A DNA stretch of 64,000 bases from Deltaproteobacteria bacterium (lineage in GTDB: Bacteria > Desulfobacterota > Deferrimicrobia > Deferrimicrobiales > Deferrimicrobiaceae), in contig CP070783.1 in the NCBI GenBank assembly GCA_020346465.1, forward strand, positions 2,189,097-2,253,096. The letters are read 5' to 3'. How positions within the stretch are numbered: position 1 is the stretch's first letter; every line of letters begins with the position of its first letter. The position numbers and the translations under genes were made by a program. The notes beneath the pieces were generated by a model. It searched no databases, had not been told where the DNA came from, and saw nothing but the letters and a program-made list of their open reading frames with translations. Positions 1-9,179 of the stretch are shown here, one piece after another.

Positions 1-694
1 GATCGTGCTCGATGACACCGTCTACTCGGCGCCCGTGATCCAGGAACGGATCTCCGGCGGGGAGGCGCAGATCACCGGTTCCTTCACCCCGGAGGAGGCC
101 TCCGACCTCGCCATCGTCCTGCGGGCGGGATCGCTCCCCGCGCCGGTGAAGATCATCCAGAACGTGTCCGTCGGGCCCTCGCTCGGCCGCGACTCCATCC
201 AGAAGGGGATCCGGGCAGCGATGATCGGGGCGGTCCTCGTCGTCGGGTTCATGCTGTTCTACTACCGGTTCGCCGGCATGATCGCGGACGTGGCGCTGGT
301 CTTCAACATCCTGTATCTGCTTGCGGGGATGTCCATCCTGGAGGCGACGCTTACGCTTCCCGGAATCGCGGGAATCATCCTCGCCATCGGCATGGCGGTC
401 GACTCCAACGTCCTTATCTTCGAGCGGATCCGGGAGGAGCTGCGGTCGAAAAAGACGGTGAGGGCCTCGATCGACGCCGGGTACGACAAGGCCTTCTGGA
501 CCGTCGTCGACTCCCACGTGACCACGCTGATCACCGCGATGATCCTGTTCCAGTTCGGAACCGGACCGATCAAGGGGTTCGCCGTCACGCTTTCGATGGG
601 GGTGGCGATCAACCTCTTCACCGCTCTCGTCTGCACGAAGGTCGTGTTCGACTACCTCAATGCGAGGCGGCCGATGCAGGCGCTGAGCATCTGA
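1..694 (+). CDS. secD: protein translocase subunit SecD, C-terminal part (5' end lies outside the window)
   Basis: ORF enters from the window edge; the translation matches the SecD C-terminal membrane domain ([25 protein letters not shown]); secF follows directly. Confidence 0.9.
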   Translation, partial: IVLDDTVYSAPVIQERISGGEAQITGSFTPEEASDLAIVLRAGSLPAPVKIIQNVSVGPSLGRDSIQKGIRAAMIGAVLVVGFMLFYYRFAGMIADVALVFNILYLLAGMSILEATLTLPGIAGIILAIGMAVDSNVLIFERIREELRSKKTVRASIDAGYDKAFWTVVDSHVTTLITAMILFQFGTGPIKGFAVTLSMGVAINLFTALVCTKVVFDYLNARRPMQALSI

Positions 695-745
695 CAACCC
701 TGTCGAAGGACGGAAGAAAAAGCGCACGGGGGACACCATACGACG

Positions 746-1660
746 ATGTTTGAGATCATCAAGAACACCACCATCGATTTCATGGGGCTCAAGAAATACA
801 CGTTCTTCTTCTCCGGGGCGGTCGTCGCGTTCGGCCTGTTCGCCGTCTTCCAGATCTATTCGGGCCGCGCGAACCTGGGGATCGACCTCGCGGGAGGAAC
901 CTCCGTGCAGGTGCGATTCGAGCAGCAGGTCCAGATGGATCAGGTCCGGAAGGTCCTCACGGCGGGTGGGTTCCCCGAAGCGAGCCTCCAGTCGGTTCCC
1001 GAGGAGAACATCTATATCATCAAGGTGAGCGCGAAAGGGGAAGAGGAGAAGATGGTGGGGGAGAAGGTCGTGGGTCTCCTCCGGCAGGGGTTTCCCGCCA
1101 ACCCGCAGACCGTGGAGAGCATTGCCGAGATCGGTCCGGCCATCGGGAAGAAGCTGCGGACGGACGCCCTCTTCGCCCTGGCCGTCTCCGCCGCGGCGAT
1201 CATCCTCTACCTCGCCTGGCGCTTCGAATTCAAGTTCGGCGTGGCGGCGGCCCTGGCGACCTTCCACGACGTCATCATGCTCGTGGCGATCTTCTACCTG
1301 CTCGGGCGGGAAATGGACCTCCTCTTCATCACCGCCCTCCTCACCATCGGGGGGTATTCGCTCACCGACACCGTCGTCGTCTTCGACCGGATCCGGGAGA
1401 ACATCCGCCTCCGGAAGAGAACCACTTTCTCGGAGACGATCAATCTCAGCGTGAACGAGGTTCTGAGCCGCACCGTGATCACCTCGCTCACCACGTTCAT
1501 GGCGTGCGTGGCGCTCCTCCTGTTCGGCGGCATCGTCCTGAAGGATTTCTCCCTCGCCCTGGCCCTTGGCATCATCATCGGGACCTACTCCTCCGTCTTC
1601 GTCGCCAGTCCGATCGTGGCGATGTGGCGCGGCGAAAAGATGGTCCAGGTGAAAAGGTAA
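746..1660 (+). CDS. secF: protein translocase subunit SecF
   Basis: 304-aa ORF immediately after secD; N-terminal and TM pattern typical of SecF (GLDLAGGTSVQ, FDRIREN). Confidence 0.9.
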   Translation: MFEIIKNTTIDFMGLKKYTFFFSGAVVAFGLFAVFQIYSGRANLGIDLAGGTSVQVRFEQQVQMDQVRKVLTAGGFPEASLQSVPEENIYIIKVSAKGEEEKMVGEKVVGLLRQGFPANPQTVESIAEIGPAIGKKLRTDALFALAVSAAAIILYLAWRFEFKFGVAAALATFHDVIMLVAIFYLLGREMDLLFITALLTIGGYSLTDTVVVFDRIRENIRLRKRTTFSETINLSVNEVLSRTVITSLTTFMACVALLLFGGIVLKDFSLALALGIIIGTYSSVFVASPIVAMWRGEKMVQVKR

Positions 1661-1669
1661 CGCCGGGGG

Positions 1670-3436
1670 TTGGCGGGTCGGGCCGCAAGTCGCTGGTTGC
1701 TCCGCGCGCCGGAGGAATCGCTCGTCCGGGACATCCGGGAACGGACCGGGATGTCGGAGGTGGCTTCCCGGATTCTGGTCAACCGGGGGATCTCCGATCC
1801 CGGTGAGGCAGACCGGTTTCTCAACGGCACCCTGAACGACCTCTCCTCCCCCTTTCCGATGAAGGATCTCGAGAAGGCTTCGCGGCGGCTCGTGGACGCT
1901 GCGCGGGGGGGGGAACCGATCCTGCTGTACGCCGATTACGATGCGGACGGCGCGACGGGGGCAGCCTGCCTGTTCCTCTTCCTGAACGAGCTGTTTCCGG
2001 GGGCAGACGTCCGGATCCATCAGAACCACCGGACCGTGGACGGGTACGGTCTGAAGAGAGACCACCTGGAGGCGGCCTCCCGCGTCGGCGTGAAGCTCCT
2101 CGTGACCGTGGATGGCGGTGTGACCGACGAGGAAGCGATCCGGTGGGCCTCCGCGGCGGGGATCGACGTGATCGTGACGGACCATCACCTTCCCGGAGAG
2201 GTTCTTCCCCCCGCGTTTGCCGTCCTGAACCCGAAGCAGAAGGGTTGCCCGTACCCCGGGAAGGATCTTGCGGGGGTGGGCGTGGTCTTCCTGCTGATGT
2301 GCGGCGTCCGCCGGCTGATGCGGGAGGAAGGCGCGTTCCCCGGGGGGGACGGACCCTCCCTGCGGAAGTACCTCGACCTCGTGGCGCTCGGCACCGTGGC
2401 GGACATGGTTCCCTTGCGGGGAGACAACCGCCTGCTCGTGAAAGCCGGTCTCGAGGAGATGCGTCTTCGCGCGCGGCCCGGCATCCGGGCCCTTTTCTCG
2501 GTTTCCGGGATTGCGCAGGAAACGGTGAACGAGACCGATCTGGCCTTCCGCGTCGGCCCTCGCCTGAACGCCGCGGGCCGGGTGGGGGACGCCACGCGCG
2601 GTTCGGAACTGCTCGTGACGGACAGTTTCGGCAGGGCCCTCCGCATTGCCGAGGAGCTCCACACGGACAATGCCTGGAGGCAGCGCGAGGAGGAACGGAT
2701 CATGCGCGAGGCGCAAGCCGCCCTGGAGTCGGGGCCTCCGCTGTCCTCCCTCTCCGCGATCGTCCTTGCCGATGCCGGCTGGCATATGGGCGTCCTCGGC
2801 ATCGTCGCGTCGAAGATCGCCCAGCGGTATCACCGCCCCGCCGTTCTCCTCCAGATCAACGGGGAGGAGGCAAGGGGGTCCCTCCGAAGCGCGGACGGGT
2901 TCCCCCTGGTCGAGGCGCTTTCCGGGCTCTCGCCTCTCCTGACCCGGTACGGGGGGCACATGCAGGCGGCCGGCATCGCTCTGCCCGCCGGCAACCTCCC
3001 CGCCTTCCGGGAAGGGCTGGACCGTGCCGCGAGGACGTACGCCTCGGGCAGGGACGGCGCACCCCGCGTCGAGGTCGATGCGCAAGTGCCCCTCTCCGGG
3101 ATCTCCGGCGGATTCATGGAGGAACTCGAGCGGATGCGCCCGTTCGGGATGGGAAACGAGGAGCCGGTCCTGCTCGCCTGCAACGTGCGCGTCGGGAGGC
3201 GATCCCTCTTCGGAGGGGAGGGCCGGCACCTGAAGGCCGAGCTGTCGGGGAACGGGTGCCGCTTCGAGGCGGTCGCCTTTCACCGGTCGGAGCTGCCGTC
3301 GGGTCCGGGCGGCTCTCTCGACATCCTCTTCACCCCCCAATGGACGTTTTTTCGCGGCGAACGCTCGCTCCGGCTCCGGCTGATCGACGCGCGGCCCTCC
3401 AGGCTCCCGGGGGAACGCGCGATGCAACGGTCCTGA
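1670..3436 (+). CDS. recJ: single-stranded-DNA-specific exonuclease RecJ
   Basis: DHH-family motifs (LLYADYDADGATG, TDHH) and RecJ-like length; TTG start is uncertain. Confidence 0.85.
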   Translation: MAGRAASRWLLRAPEESLVRDIRERTGMSEVASRILVNRGISDPGEADRFLNGTLNDLSSPFPMKDLEKASRRLVDAARGGEPILLYADYDADGATGAACLFLFLNELFPGADVRIHQNHRTVDGYGLKRDHLEAASRVGVKLLVTVDGGVTDEEAIRWASAAGIDVIVTDHHLPGEVLPPAFAVLNPKQKGCPYPGKDLAGVGVVFLLMCGVRRLMREEGAFPGGDGPSLRKYLDLVALGTVADMVPLRGDNRLLVKAGLEEMRLRARPGIRALFSVSGIAQETVNETDLAFRVGPRLNAAGRVGDATRGSELLVTDSFGRALRIAEELHTDNAWRQREEERIMREAQAALESGPPLSSLSAIVLADAGWHMGVLGIVASKIAQRYHRPAVLLQINGEEARGSLRSADGFPLVEALSGLSPLLTRYGGHMQAAGIALPAGNLPAFREGLDRAARTYASGRDGAPRVEVDAQVPLSGISGGFMEELERMRPFGMGNEEPVLLACNVRVGRRSLFGGEGRHLKAELSGNGCRFEAVAFHRSELPSGPGGSLDILFTPQWTFFRGERSLRLRLIDARPSRLPGERAMQRS

Positions 3437-3455
3437 GCTCCGTCGGGGAGGTTCC

Positions 3456-3911
3456 GTGATCCGCTGGGGGAAGATCCGGGAGAAACTCCGCGAGGCGATC
3501 GCCGCGGAATCCGACGAGAAGAGCCTCGCGGCGGGATTCGCCGTGGGAGTGTTCTTCAGCTTCACCCCGCTGGTGACCCTCCACATGGTGCTGGCGCTGA
3601 TCGTGGCCGTCGTCCTCCGGTTGAACAAGGTGACCACCATGGCGGGGGTCTGGGTGAACAATCCCTACACGATGCCCTTCGTGTTCTACGGGTGTTTCCG
3701 CCTGGGGGAATGGGTACTGGGGATACGAATCGCCCCCCCGTCGTTCGAAAACTACACGCTCCAGACGGTCCTGAAGGCGGCCGTCCCCTATGCCGCCCCC
3801 CTCTTTCTGGGCACGACGATCGTGGGGATCGCCGCCGCGGGACTGGGGTATATGGTTGTCTACCGCATCGCGGTCAAGGTAAAATCGGCGCGACGGAAAG
3901 GGATGATATGA
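3456..3911 (+). CDS. DUF2062-like small membrane protein
   Basis: 151-aa ORF with a GTG start behind a GGAGG SD; hydrophobic core typical of DUF2062; function unknown. Confidence 0.6.
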   Translation: MIRWGKIREKLREAIAAESDEKSLAAGFAVGVFFSFTPLVTLHMVLALIVAVVLRLNKVTTMAGVWVNNPYTMPFVFYGCFRLGEWVLGIRIAPPSFENYTLQTVLKAAVPYAAPLFLGTTIVGIAAAGLGYMVVYRIAVKVKSARRKGMI

Positions 3912-3924
3912 AGGAGGTACCTTC

Positions 3925-4818
3925 GTGAAGCCGTATTCGGTGAGCTTCGGCGGAATTCCCGACAAGTATTCCTCGTGGAAGAGTTCGGCATTCGTCGTCC
4001 TGCCGTTCCCGATCGACCTGACCGCAACGTACGTGTCGGGGACGCGGAACGGTCCCCGGGCGATGATCGAGGCATCCGGCCACATGGAGCTGTTCGACGA
4101 GGAGAACAAGATCGAGCCGTACCGGGCGGGGATCTTCGTCTCCACGGAGATTCCGGTGCTGACCACGGGCCCGCTCGCCATGCTGAAAGAGCTCGAGAAG
4201 CGGGTGAAGGCAGTCACCCGGGCGGGAAAGTTCCCCATCGTCGTGGGGGGGGAGCACTCGGGGACGTGCGGCGCGGTTTCCGCCCTGAAGAAGAAATACG
4301 AGGATCTCACCGTCCTGCAGTTCGATGCGCATGCGGACCTGCGAGACACCTATCTCGGAACTCCCTGGAACCACGCCTGCGTGGGTCGCCGCATCGTGGA
4401 CTCCGGAGCGAAACTCGTGCAGGTCGGGGTGCGCAGCATCTCGGAGGAGGAGGACCGGTTTCTGCGCCGGGCGGAAACCGTCAAGTCCTTCTACGCGTCG
4501 GAGGTACGGGACAATCTTGCGGATGTCACGCGGGGGATCGTGAGCTCCCTCACCGGCAACGTATACATATCGATCGACCTCGACGTCTTCGACCCGGGGA
4601 TCATGCCGGCCGTGGGAACGCCGGAGCCCGGCGGTCTGGACTGGTTCGAGGTGATCGACATCCTGCGGGACGTGATGCGGGCGGACTGCAACATCGTGGG
4701 ATTCGACATCATGGAGCTTTCCCCCCTCCCCGGCATCGTCGCCCCGGATTTCCTCGCGGCGAAGCTGTGCTACCGGATGATGGGGTGGATCCTCGCCAAG
4801 CGGGAAGAGAAGAAGTAG
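3925..4818 (+). CDS. speB: agmatinase (arginase family)
   Basis: Ureohydrolase motifs ([22 protein letters not shown]); GTG start 7 nt after an AAGGAGG SD. Confidence 0.8.
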   Translation: MKPYSVSFGGIPDKYSSWKSSAFVVLPFPIDLTATYVSGTRNGPRAMIEASGHMELFDEENKIEPYRAGIFVSTEIPVLTTGPLAMLKELEKRVKAVTRAGKFPIVVGGEHSGTCGAVSALKKKYEDLTVLQFDAHADLRDTYLGTPWNHACVGRRIVDSGAKLVQVGVRSISEEEDRFLRRAETVKSFYASEVRDNLADVTRGIVSSLTGNVYISIDLDVFDPGIMPAVGTPEPGGLDWFEVIDILRDVMRADCNIVGFDIMELSPLPGIVAPDFLAAKLCYRMMGWILAKREEKK

Positions 4819-4850
4819 GGGGAGACGCCCCGCCAAAGGAGATGTCGCCG

Positions 4851-5390
4851 ATGTTCGTGCCTTCAAAGGTATTCTTCACCAAGGGAGTCGGGCGGCACCG
4901 GGAGCAGCTGACGTCGTTCGAGCTTGCCCTTCGCGATGCGGGGATCGAGAAGTACAACCTGGTCCAGGTGTCGAGCATCTTTCCGCCCAAGTGCCGTATC
5001 ATCAACAAGGAAGCGGGGATGAAGGAGCTGACCCCCGGGGAGATCGTGTTCGTGGTCATGAGCAGGTGCCAGAGCGATGAGCCCCGCCGGCTCATTGCGG
5101 CCTCCATCGGCTGCGCCCTTCCCTCGGATCGTTCCGTGTACGGCTATCTGAGCGAGCATCACGCGTTCGGGCAGTCGGAAAAGGTGGCGGGGGACTACGC
5201 CGAGGATCTGGCCGCCGCCATGCTCGCCTCCACTCTCGGCATCGAGTTCGACGAGGAGAAGAGCTGGGACGAGAAGAAGGAGGTATGGAAGATCAGCGGG
5301 AAGATCTTCCGTTCGTTCAACATCACCCAGTCGGCGATCGTGAAGGACGAATACGCCACGGTCATCGCCGCCGCCGTGTTCGTGCTGTGA
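4851..5390 (+). CDS. pdaD: pyruvoyl-dependent arginine decarboxylase
   Basis: [14 protein letters not shown]...SSIFPP signature of the PdaD/AaxB family; start chosen at the ATG 9 nt after an AAAGGAG SD. Confidence 0.8.
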   Translation: MFVPSKVFFTKGVGRHREQLTSFELALRDAGIEKYNLVQVSSIFPPKCRIINKEAGMKELTPGEIVFVVMSRCQSDEPRRLIAASIGCALPSDRSVYGYLSEHHAFGQSEKVAGDYAEDLAAAMLASTLGIEFDEEKSWDEKKEVWKISGKIFRSFNITQSAIVKDEYATVIAAAVFVL

Positions 5391-5400
5391 GGGAGGGCCG

Positions 5401-6393
5401 ATGAGGGGAGCAACCATTCTCGGAACGGGACGGGCGCTGCCGCCCCGCGTCGTCACCAACGCCGAGCTGACCGCCCTGATGGACACATCGGAAGAGTGGA
5501 TCGTGCAGCGCACGGGGATCCGGGAACGCCGGTTCGTCGATCCCGGTACGGGCGCCTCGGACCTGGGCGCGGAGGCGGCGCGCGTGGCGATCGAGCGCGC
5601 GGGACTCACGCCGAAGGAGATCCAGTTCCTCGTCTTCGCCACCCTCTCGCCCGACCTGTTCTTCCCGGGCTGCGGGGTGCTCGTGCAGGAAAAGCTGGGA
5701 ATGGACACGATCGGGGCTCTCGACGTCCGCACCCAGTGCACCGGATTTCTCTACGCGCTGTCGGTGGCCGAGGCGTACGTCAAGGCCGGGTTCTACGACC
5801 ACGTCCTCGTCATCGGGGCGGAGGTGCAGAGCACGGGCCTGGAGTTGAGCACGGCGGGGAGGGACGTGTCCGTCATCTTCGGGGATGGGGGCGGCGCGGT
5901 GGTCGTCGGCCCCTCGGAGCCCGGGAAAGGGATTCTGTCCTCGCACCTTCACTCGGAGGGAAAGCATGCGCGCGAGCTCATGGTGGAGGCGCCGGCTTCC
6001 ATCGAGCATCCGCGGATCAGCAAGCAGATGATCGACGACCGGAGGCACCTGGGGTTCATGAACGGCCGATCCGTGTTCAACCACGCGGTGCGGCGATTCC
6101 CCGAGGTGATTCACGAGGCGCTTGCCGGGAACGGCTTGAGCGTGTCGGACCTGTCGGTCGTCATCCCGCACCAGGCGAATCTGCGGATCACCCAGGCGGT
6201 GGCGAAGTCCCTCGGGGTTCCCCCGGAGAAGGTGTTCTCCAACATCGAGAAGTACGGCAACACCACCGCCGCCTCCGTCCCGATCGCCCTCGACGAGTGC
6301 GTCGAGGAGGGGATCATCCGGGAGGGGGACCTCGTCTGTCTCGCCGCATTCGGGTCGGGGTTCACCTGGGCCTCGTCGCTGATCCGCTGGTGA
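5401..6393 (+). CDS. fabH: 3-oxoacyl-ACP synthase III
   Basis: Canonical FabH N-terminus (ILGTGRALPPRVVTNAEL, EWIVQRTGIRERR); ends AAFGSGFTWAS. Confidence 0.9.
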   Translation: MRGATILGTGRALPPRVVTNAELTALMDTSEEWIVQRTGIRERRFVDPGTGASDLGAEAARVAIERAGLTPKEIQFLVFATLSPDLFFPGCGVLVQEKLGMDTIGALDVRTQCTGFLYALSVAEAYVKAGFYDHVLVIGAEVQSTGLELSTAGRDVSVIFGDGGGAVVVGPSEPGKGILSSHLHSEGKHARELMVEAPASIEHPRISKQMIDDRRHLGFMNGRSVFNHAVRRFPEVIHEALAGNGLSVSDLSVVIPHQANLRITQAVAKSLGVPPEKVFSNIEKYGNTTAASVPIALDECVEEGIIREGDLVCLAAFGSGFTWASSLIRW

Positions 6394-6869
6394 CCGGGGG
6401 ATCCCTGCGCTTCCGGATCCGGGACCTGGCGCCCGGGGACCTCGATGGCGTCATGGCCATCGAGCAGGAATCCTTCCCGACCCCCTGGTCCCGCGCCCTC
6501 TTCGAGGAGGAAATCGGACGGAGGTTTTCCGATGCGATCGTGGTCGTCGGCGAGCCGGGGGGCGAGGTGGCCGGCTATGCGATCTGCTGGACGGTCGGGG
6601 AGGAGTCCCATCTGCTGAACATCGCGGTCCGGCCGGACGCCCGGAACCGGGGAGTCGGGCGGTCCCTTCTGCGGGAGTGCATCCGGCGATCCGCCCTGGC
6701 CGGGGGACGGAGAATCTACCTCGAGGTGCGTCCGAGCAACGAACCGGCGATCCGGATGTACCGTCGGGACGGATTTCGCTTCGTCGGCGTCAGGAAAGGG
6801 TACTACACGGACACGGGGGAGGACGCGATCGTTCTCTCGCGGGTGATCGGAGAAAAGAATGCCGAATGA
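6390..6869 (+). CDS. rimI: ribosomal-protein-alanine N-acetyltransferase (GNAT)
   Basis: GNAT motifs aligning with E. coli RimI (IEQESFPTPW, LLNIAVRPDARNRGVG); GTG start overlaps the fabH stop (GTGA). Confidence 0.7.
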   Translation: MTGGSLRFRIRDLAPGDLDGVMAIEQESFPTPWSRALFEEEIGRRFSDAIVVVGEPGGEVAGYAICWTVGEESHLLNIAVRPDARNRGVGRSLLRECIRRSALAGGRRIYLEVRPSNEPAIRMYRRDGFRFVGVRKGYYTDTGEDAIVLSRVIGEKNAE

Positions 6870-7680
6870 CCGCACGCGGTTCCTCACCGCCCGGATCGTG
6901 CGGAACGAGGGACGGGGGGAGATCTTCTACCGGATCGAGGCGATCATCCCCGAACCCGTCCGGTTCGTGCCCGGCCAGTTCGCCATGGTCTCGGGATGGC
7001 CGGGGAACGATCCGCTGTTGCCCCGCCCTCTCGCGGTCTTCCGGTCGGGCGGGTCGAAAGGGAAAGGGAAGATCGAATTCGTCTACAAGGTCGTGGGCAG
7101 GGGGACCGCGCTGCTGTCCGGCCTTCACCCGGGCGAAACCCTGTCCCTCACCCTTCCTCTGGGACGCGGGTTCGACCTCGAACAGGAAGGACGGTCGTAC
7201 TGGCTGGTGGGGGGCGGCGTCGGGTTTTCCTCGGTCTTCCCCGCGGCGGCCGCCCTCGGACGGCGTCGTGCCCGCTTCGAGATGTTTCTCGGGGCACGGA
7301 CCAGGGGGCACCTGCCGCCGAAGGAGTGGACCCCGGGGGGAAAGGAACCGGGCAGGATCCACCTCTGCACGGAGGACGGCACCGCCGGATACCATGGCCG
7401 GGTCACGGACGCGGTGCTGGAGCGGATGAAAGGGCTCTCGCAGGAATCGGTCGAACGGCTTGTGATCCTCGCCTGCGGACCAAGGGAGATGCTCCGGGAA
7501 ATCGCCGCCGCGGCATCCGAGCGCAGCGTCCAGGCGCAGGTGGCGCTGGAAAACCACATGGCTTGCGGATTCGGGGTCTGCTGGGGGTGCGTCGTGACCG
7601 TGTGGGACGGCGACCAGACGGCCTACCGGCGGGTCTGCCGGGAGGGGCCGGTGTTCGACGCCCGGGAGGTCGTATGGTGA
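6859..7680 (+). CDS. pyrK: dihydroorotate dehydrogenase electron-transfer subunit
   Basis: FAD/NAD-binding fold plus a C-terminal 2Fe-2S cysteine cluster (CGFGVCWGCVV); upstream of pyrD. Confidence 0.85.
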   Translation: MPNDRTRFLTARIVRNEGRGEIFYRIEAIIPEPVRFVPGQFAMVSGWPGNDPLLPRPLAVFRSGGSKGKGKIEFVYKVVGRGTALLSGLHPGETLSLTLPLGRGFDLEQEGRSYWLVGGGVGFSSVFPAAAALGRRRARFEMFLGARTRGHLPPKEWTPGGKEPGRIHLCTEDGTAGYHGRVTDAVLERMKGLSQESVERLVILACGPREMLREIAAAASERSVQAQVALENHMACGFGVCWGCVVTVWDGDQTAYRRVCREGPVFDAREVVW

Positions 7681-8603
7681 TTCCCGACCTTTCCGTATCC
7701 CTGGGGGGGCTGCGGGTGAAGAACCCCGTCCTGAGCGCGTCGGGGACGTTCGGATACGGCCTCGAGTTTTTGCCGTTCTACGATATCTCCCGGCTCGGGG
7801 CGATCGTCGTGAAAGGGCTGTCCCTGGCGCCCACGTCGGGAAACCCGCCCGGGCGCATTGTCGAGACGGCGGCGGGGATGCTCAACGCGATCGGCCTGCA
7901 GAACATCGGGGTGGAGAGGTTCATCGGCGATGTGGTGCCGCGCCTGGAGGACGCCGGCGCGACGTTCGTCGCGAACATCTACGGGAAGACCGTGGAAGAG
8001 TACGAGGCTCTTGCGCGCCGGCTTTCGGAGGTTCCTTCCCTCGGGGCGATCGAGGTGAACGCCTCCTGCCCCAACGTCAAGGAGGGGGGGATGGCGTTCG
8101 GGGCCACCCCGGAGGGGGTCGCGGACCTCACCGGGCGGGTGCGCGGATGCACCGGGAAGCCCCTCTGGGTCAAGCTCAGCCCGAACGTGACGGACATCGC
8201 GGTCATCGCGAGGGCCGCCGAAGAGGGCGGCGCGGACGCCGTCTCCCTGATCAACACGATCGTCGGCATGGCGGTCGACCACAGATCGCGGCGCCCGGAA
8301 CTGTCGAACGTGACGGGGGGGCTTTCCGGACCCGCGATCAAGCCGGTCGCCCTCCGCATGGCGTGGGAGGCGGCAAAGGCAGTCAGGGTCCCGGTGATCG
8401 GGATCGGCGGCATCCAGAGCGCTGCGGACGCGCTGGAGTTTCTCCTGGTGGGAGCTTCGGCGGTGCAGGTCGGCACCGCCAACTTCCGGAATCCCCGCGC
8501 GTGCGTCGATATCCTCGAGGGAATGGAGGCGTTCTTCCGGGAGGAGCGGATCGCGGCCCTTGCGGATTATCGGGGGGGGCTCACGCTGGAAAAAATCCCT
8601 TGA
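7674..8603 (+). CDS. pyrD: dihydroorotate dehydrogenase catalytic subunit (class 1B)
   Basis: MVIPDLSVSLGGLRVKNPVLSASGTFGYG...; ATG overlaps the pyrK stop (ATGGTGA). Confidence 0.9.
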   Translation: MVIPDLSVSLGGLRVKNPVLSASGTFGYGLEFLPFYDISRLGAIVVKGLSLAPTSGNPPGRIVETAAGMLNAIGLQNIGVERFIGDVVPRLEDAGATFVANIYGKTVEEYEALARRLSEVPSLGAIEVNASCPNVKEGGMAFGATPEGVADLTGRVRGCTGKPLWVKLSPNVTDIAVIARAAEEGGADAVSLINTIVGMAVDHRSRRPELSNVTGGLSGPAIKPVALRMAWEAAKAVRVPVIGIGGIQSAADALEFLLVGASAVQVGTANFRNPRACVDILEGMEAFFREERIAALADYRGGLTLEKIP

Positions 8604-8651
8604 GGTTTTCCCGCGCGGGGGATACACTTGTTTTGTGGTGTGGTTTTCCGG

Positions 8652-8678
8652 AAAGTGGGCTCAGCCCACTTTTTTTTT
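8652..8678 (+). terminator. intrinsic terminator between pyrD and rimP
   Basis: AAAGTGGGC-TCA-GCCCACTTT hairpin followed by a T9 run. Confidence 0.7.
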
Positions 8679-8690
8679 CGATGAACCCAG

Positions 8691-9179
8691 GTGAAAATCG
8701 ACACGGAAAAGATCGCCGCCCTTGCCGAGGGCGTGGCGCAGGACGAACTGGTCGAGCTCATCGACGTGGAGATCGCGACGGAAGGCTCCCGCTCGGTGAT
8801 CCGGGTCTTCATCGACAGGGAAGGGGGAGTCCAGCTGCGCGACTGCGTGTCCTTCAGCCGGAAGCTCGGTGCGATCCTCGACGTGGAGGACCCCGTTTCG
8901 AGCCCGTACTCCCTTGAGGTTTCCTCCCCCGGGTTGAACCGGCGGCTCAGTCGACCGAAGCACTTCGCGGCGTTCCGCGGGAGGAGGGTGAGGGTCTCCC
9001 TGTCGGCCCCCCTCGAGGGAAGCCGGAACTTCCGGGGGATCCTTTTGGGCAGCGACGAGGAGGGAATCGAACTGGACAGGGACGGCAGGATTTTCCGCCT
9101 GCCGTACCGGCTGATGCGGAAGGCGAACCTGGAAGTGCCCCAGGAAGAACTTTTCGGAAGAGGAAAGAAAAGACGATGA
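8691..9179 (+). CDS. rimP: ribosome maturation factor RimP
   Basis: Aligns with E. coli RimP (VIRVFIDREGGV, LEVSSPGLNRRL); GTG start. Confidence 0.85.
   Translation: MKIDTEKIAALAEGVAQDELVELIDVEIATEGSRSVIRVFIDREGGVQLRDCVSFSRKLGAILDVEDPVSSPYSLEVSSPGLNRRLSRPKHFAAFRGRRVRVSLSAPLEGSRNFRGILLGSDEEGIELDRDGRIFRLPYRLMRKANLEVPQEELFGRGKKRR

Noticed and set aside
2143-3459. Alternative-frame ORFs overlapping recJ, pnp, glnD, mutS and others on the same strand (for example 2143..3459, 16410..16886, 49642..51249, 53381..56467)
   Set aside because: Off-frame high-GC ORFs with RRRR/PGRG composition. The conserved-motif frame is unambiguous in each case.
3975-5390. 471-aa ORF apparently spanning agmatinase and pdaD
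   Set aside because: Only its last 180 codons (from ATG 4851) carry the PdaD signature. The upstream part is an off-frame read through speB.
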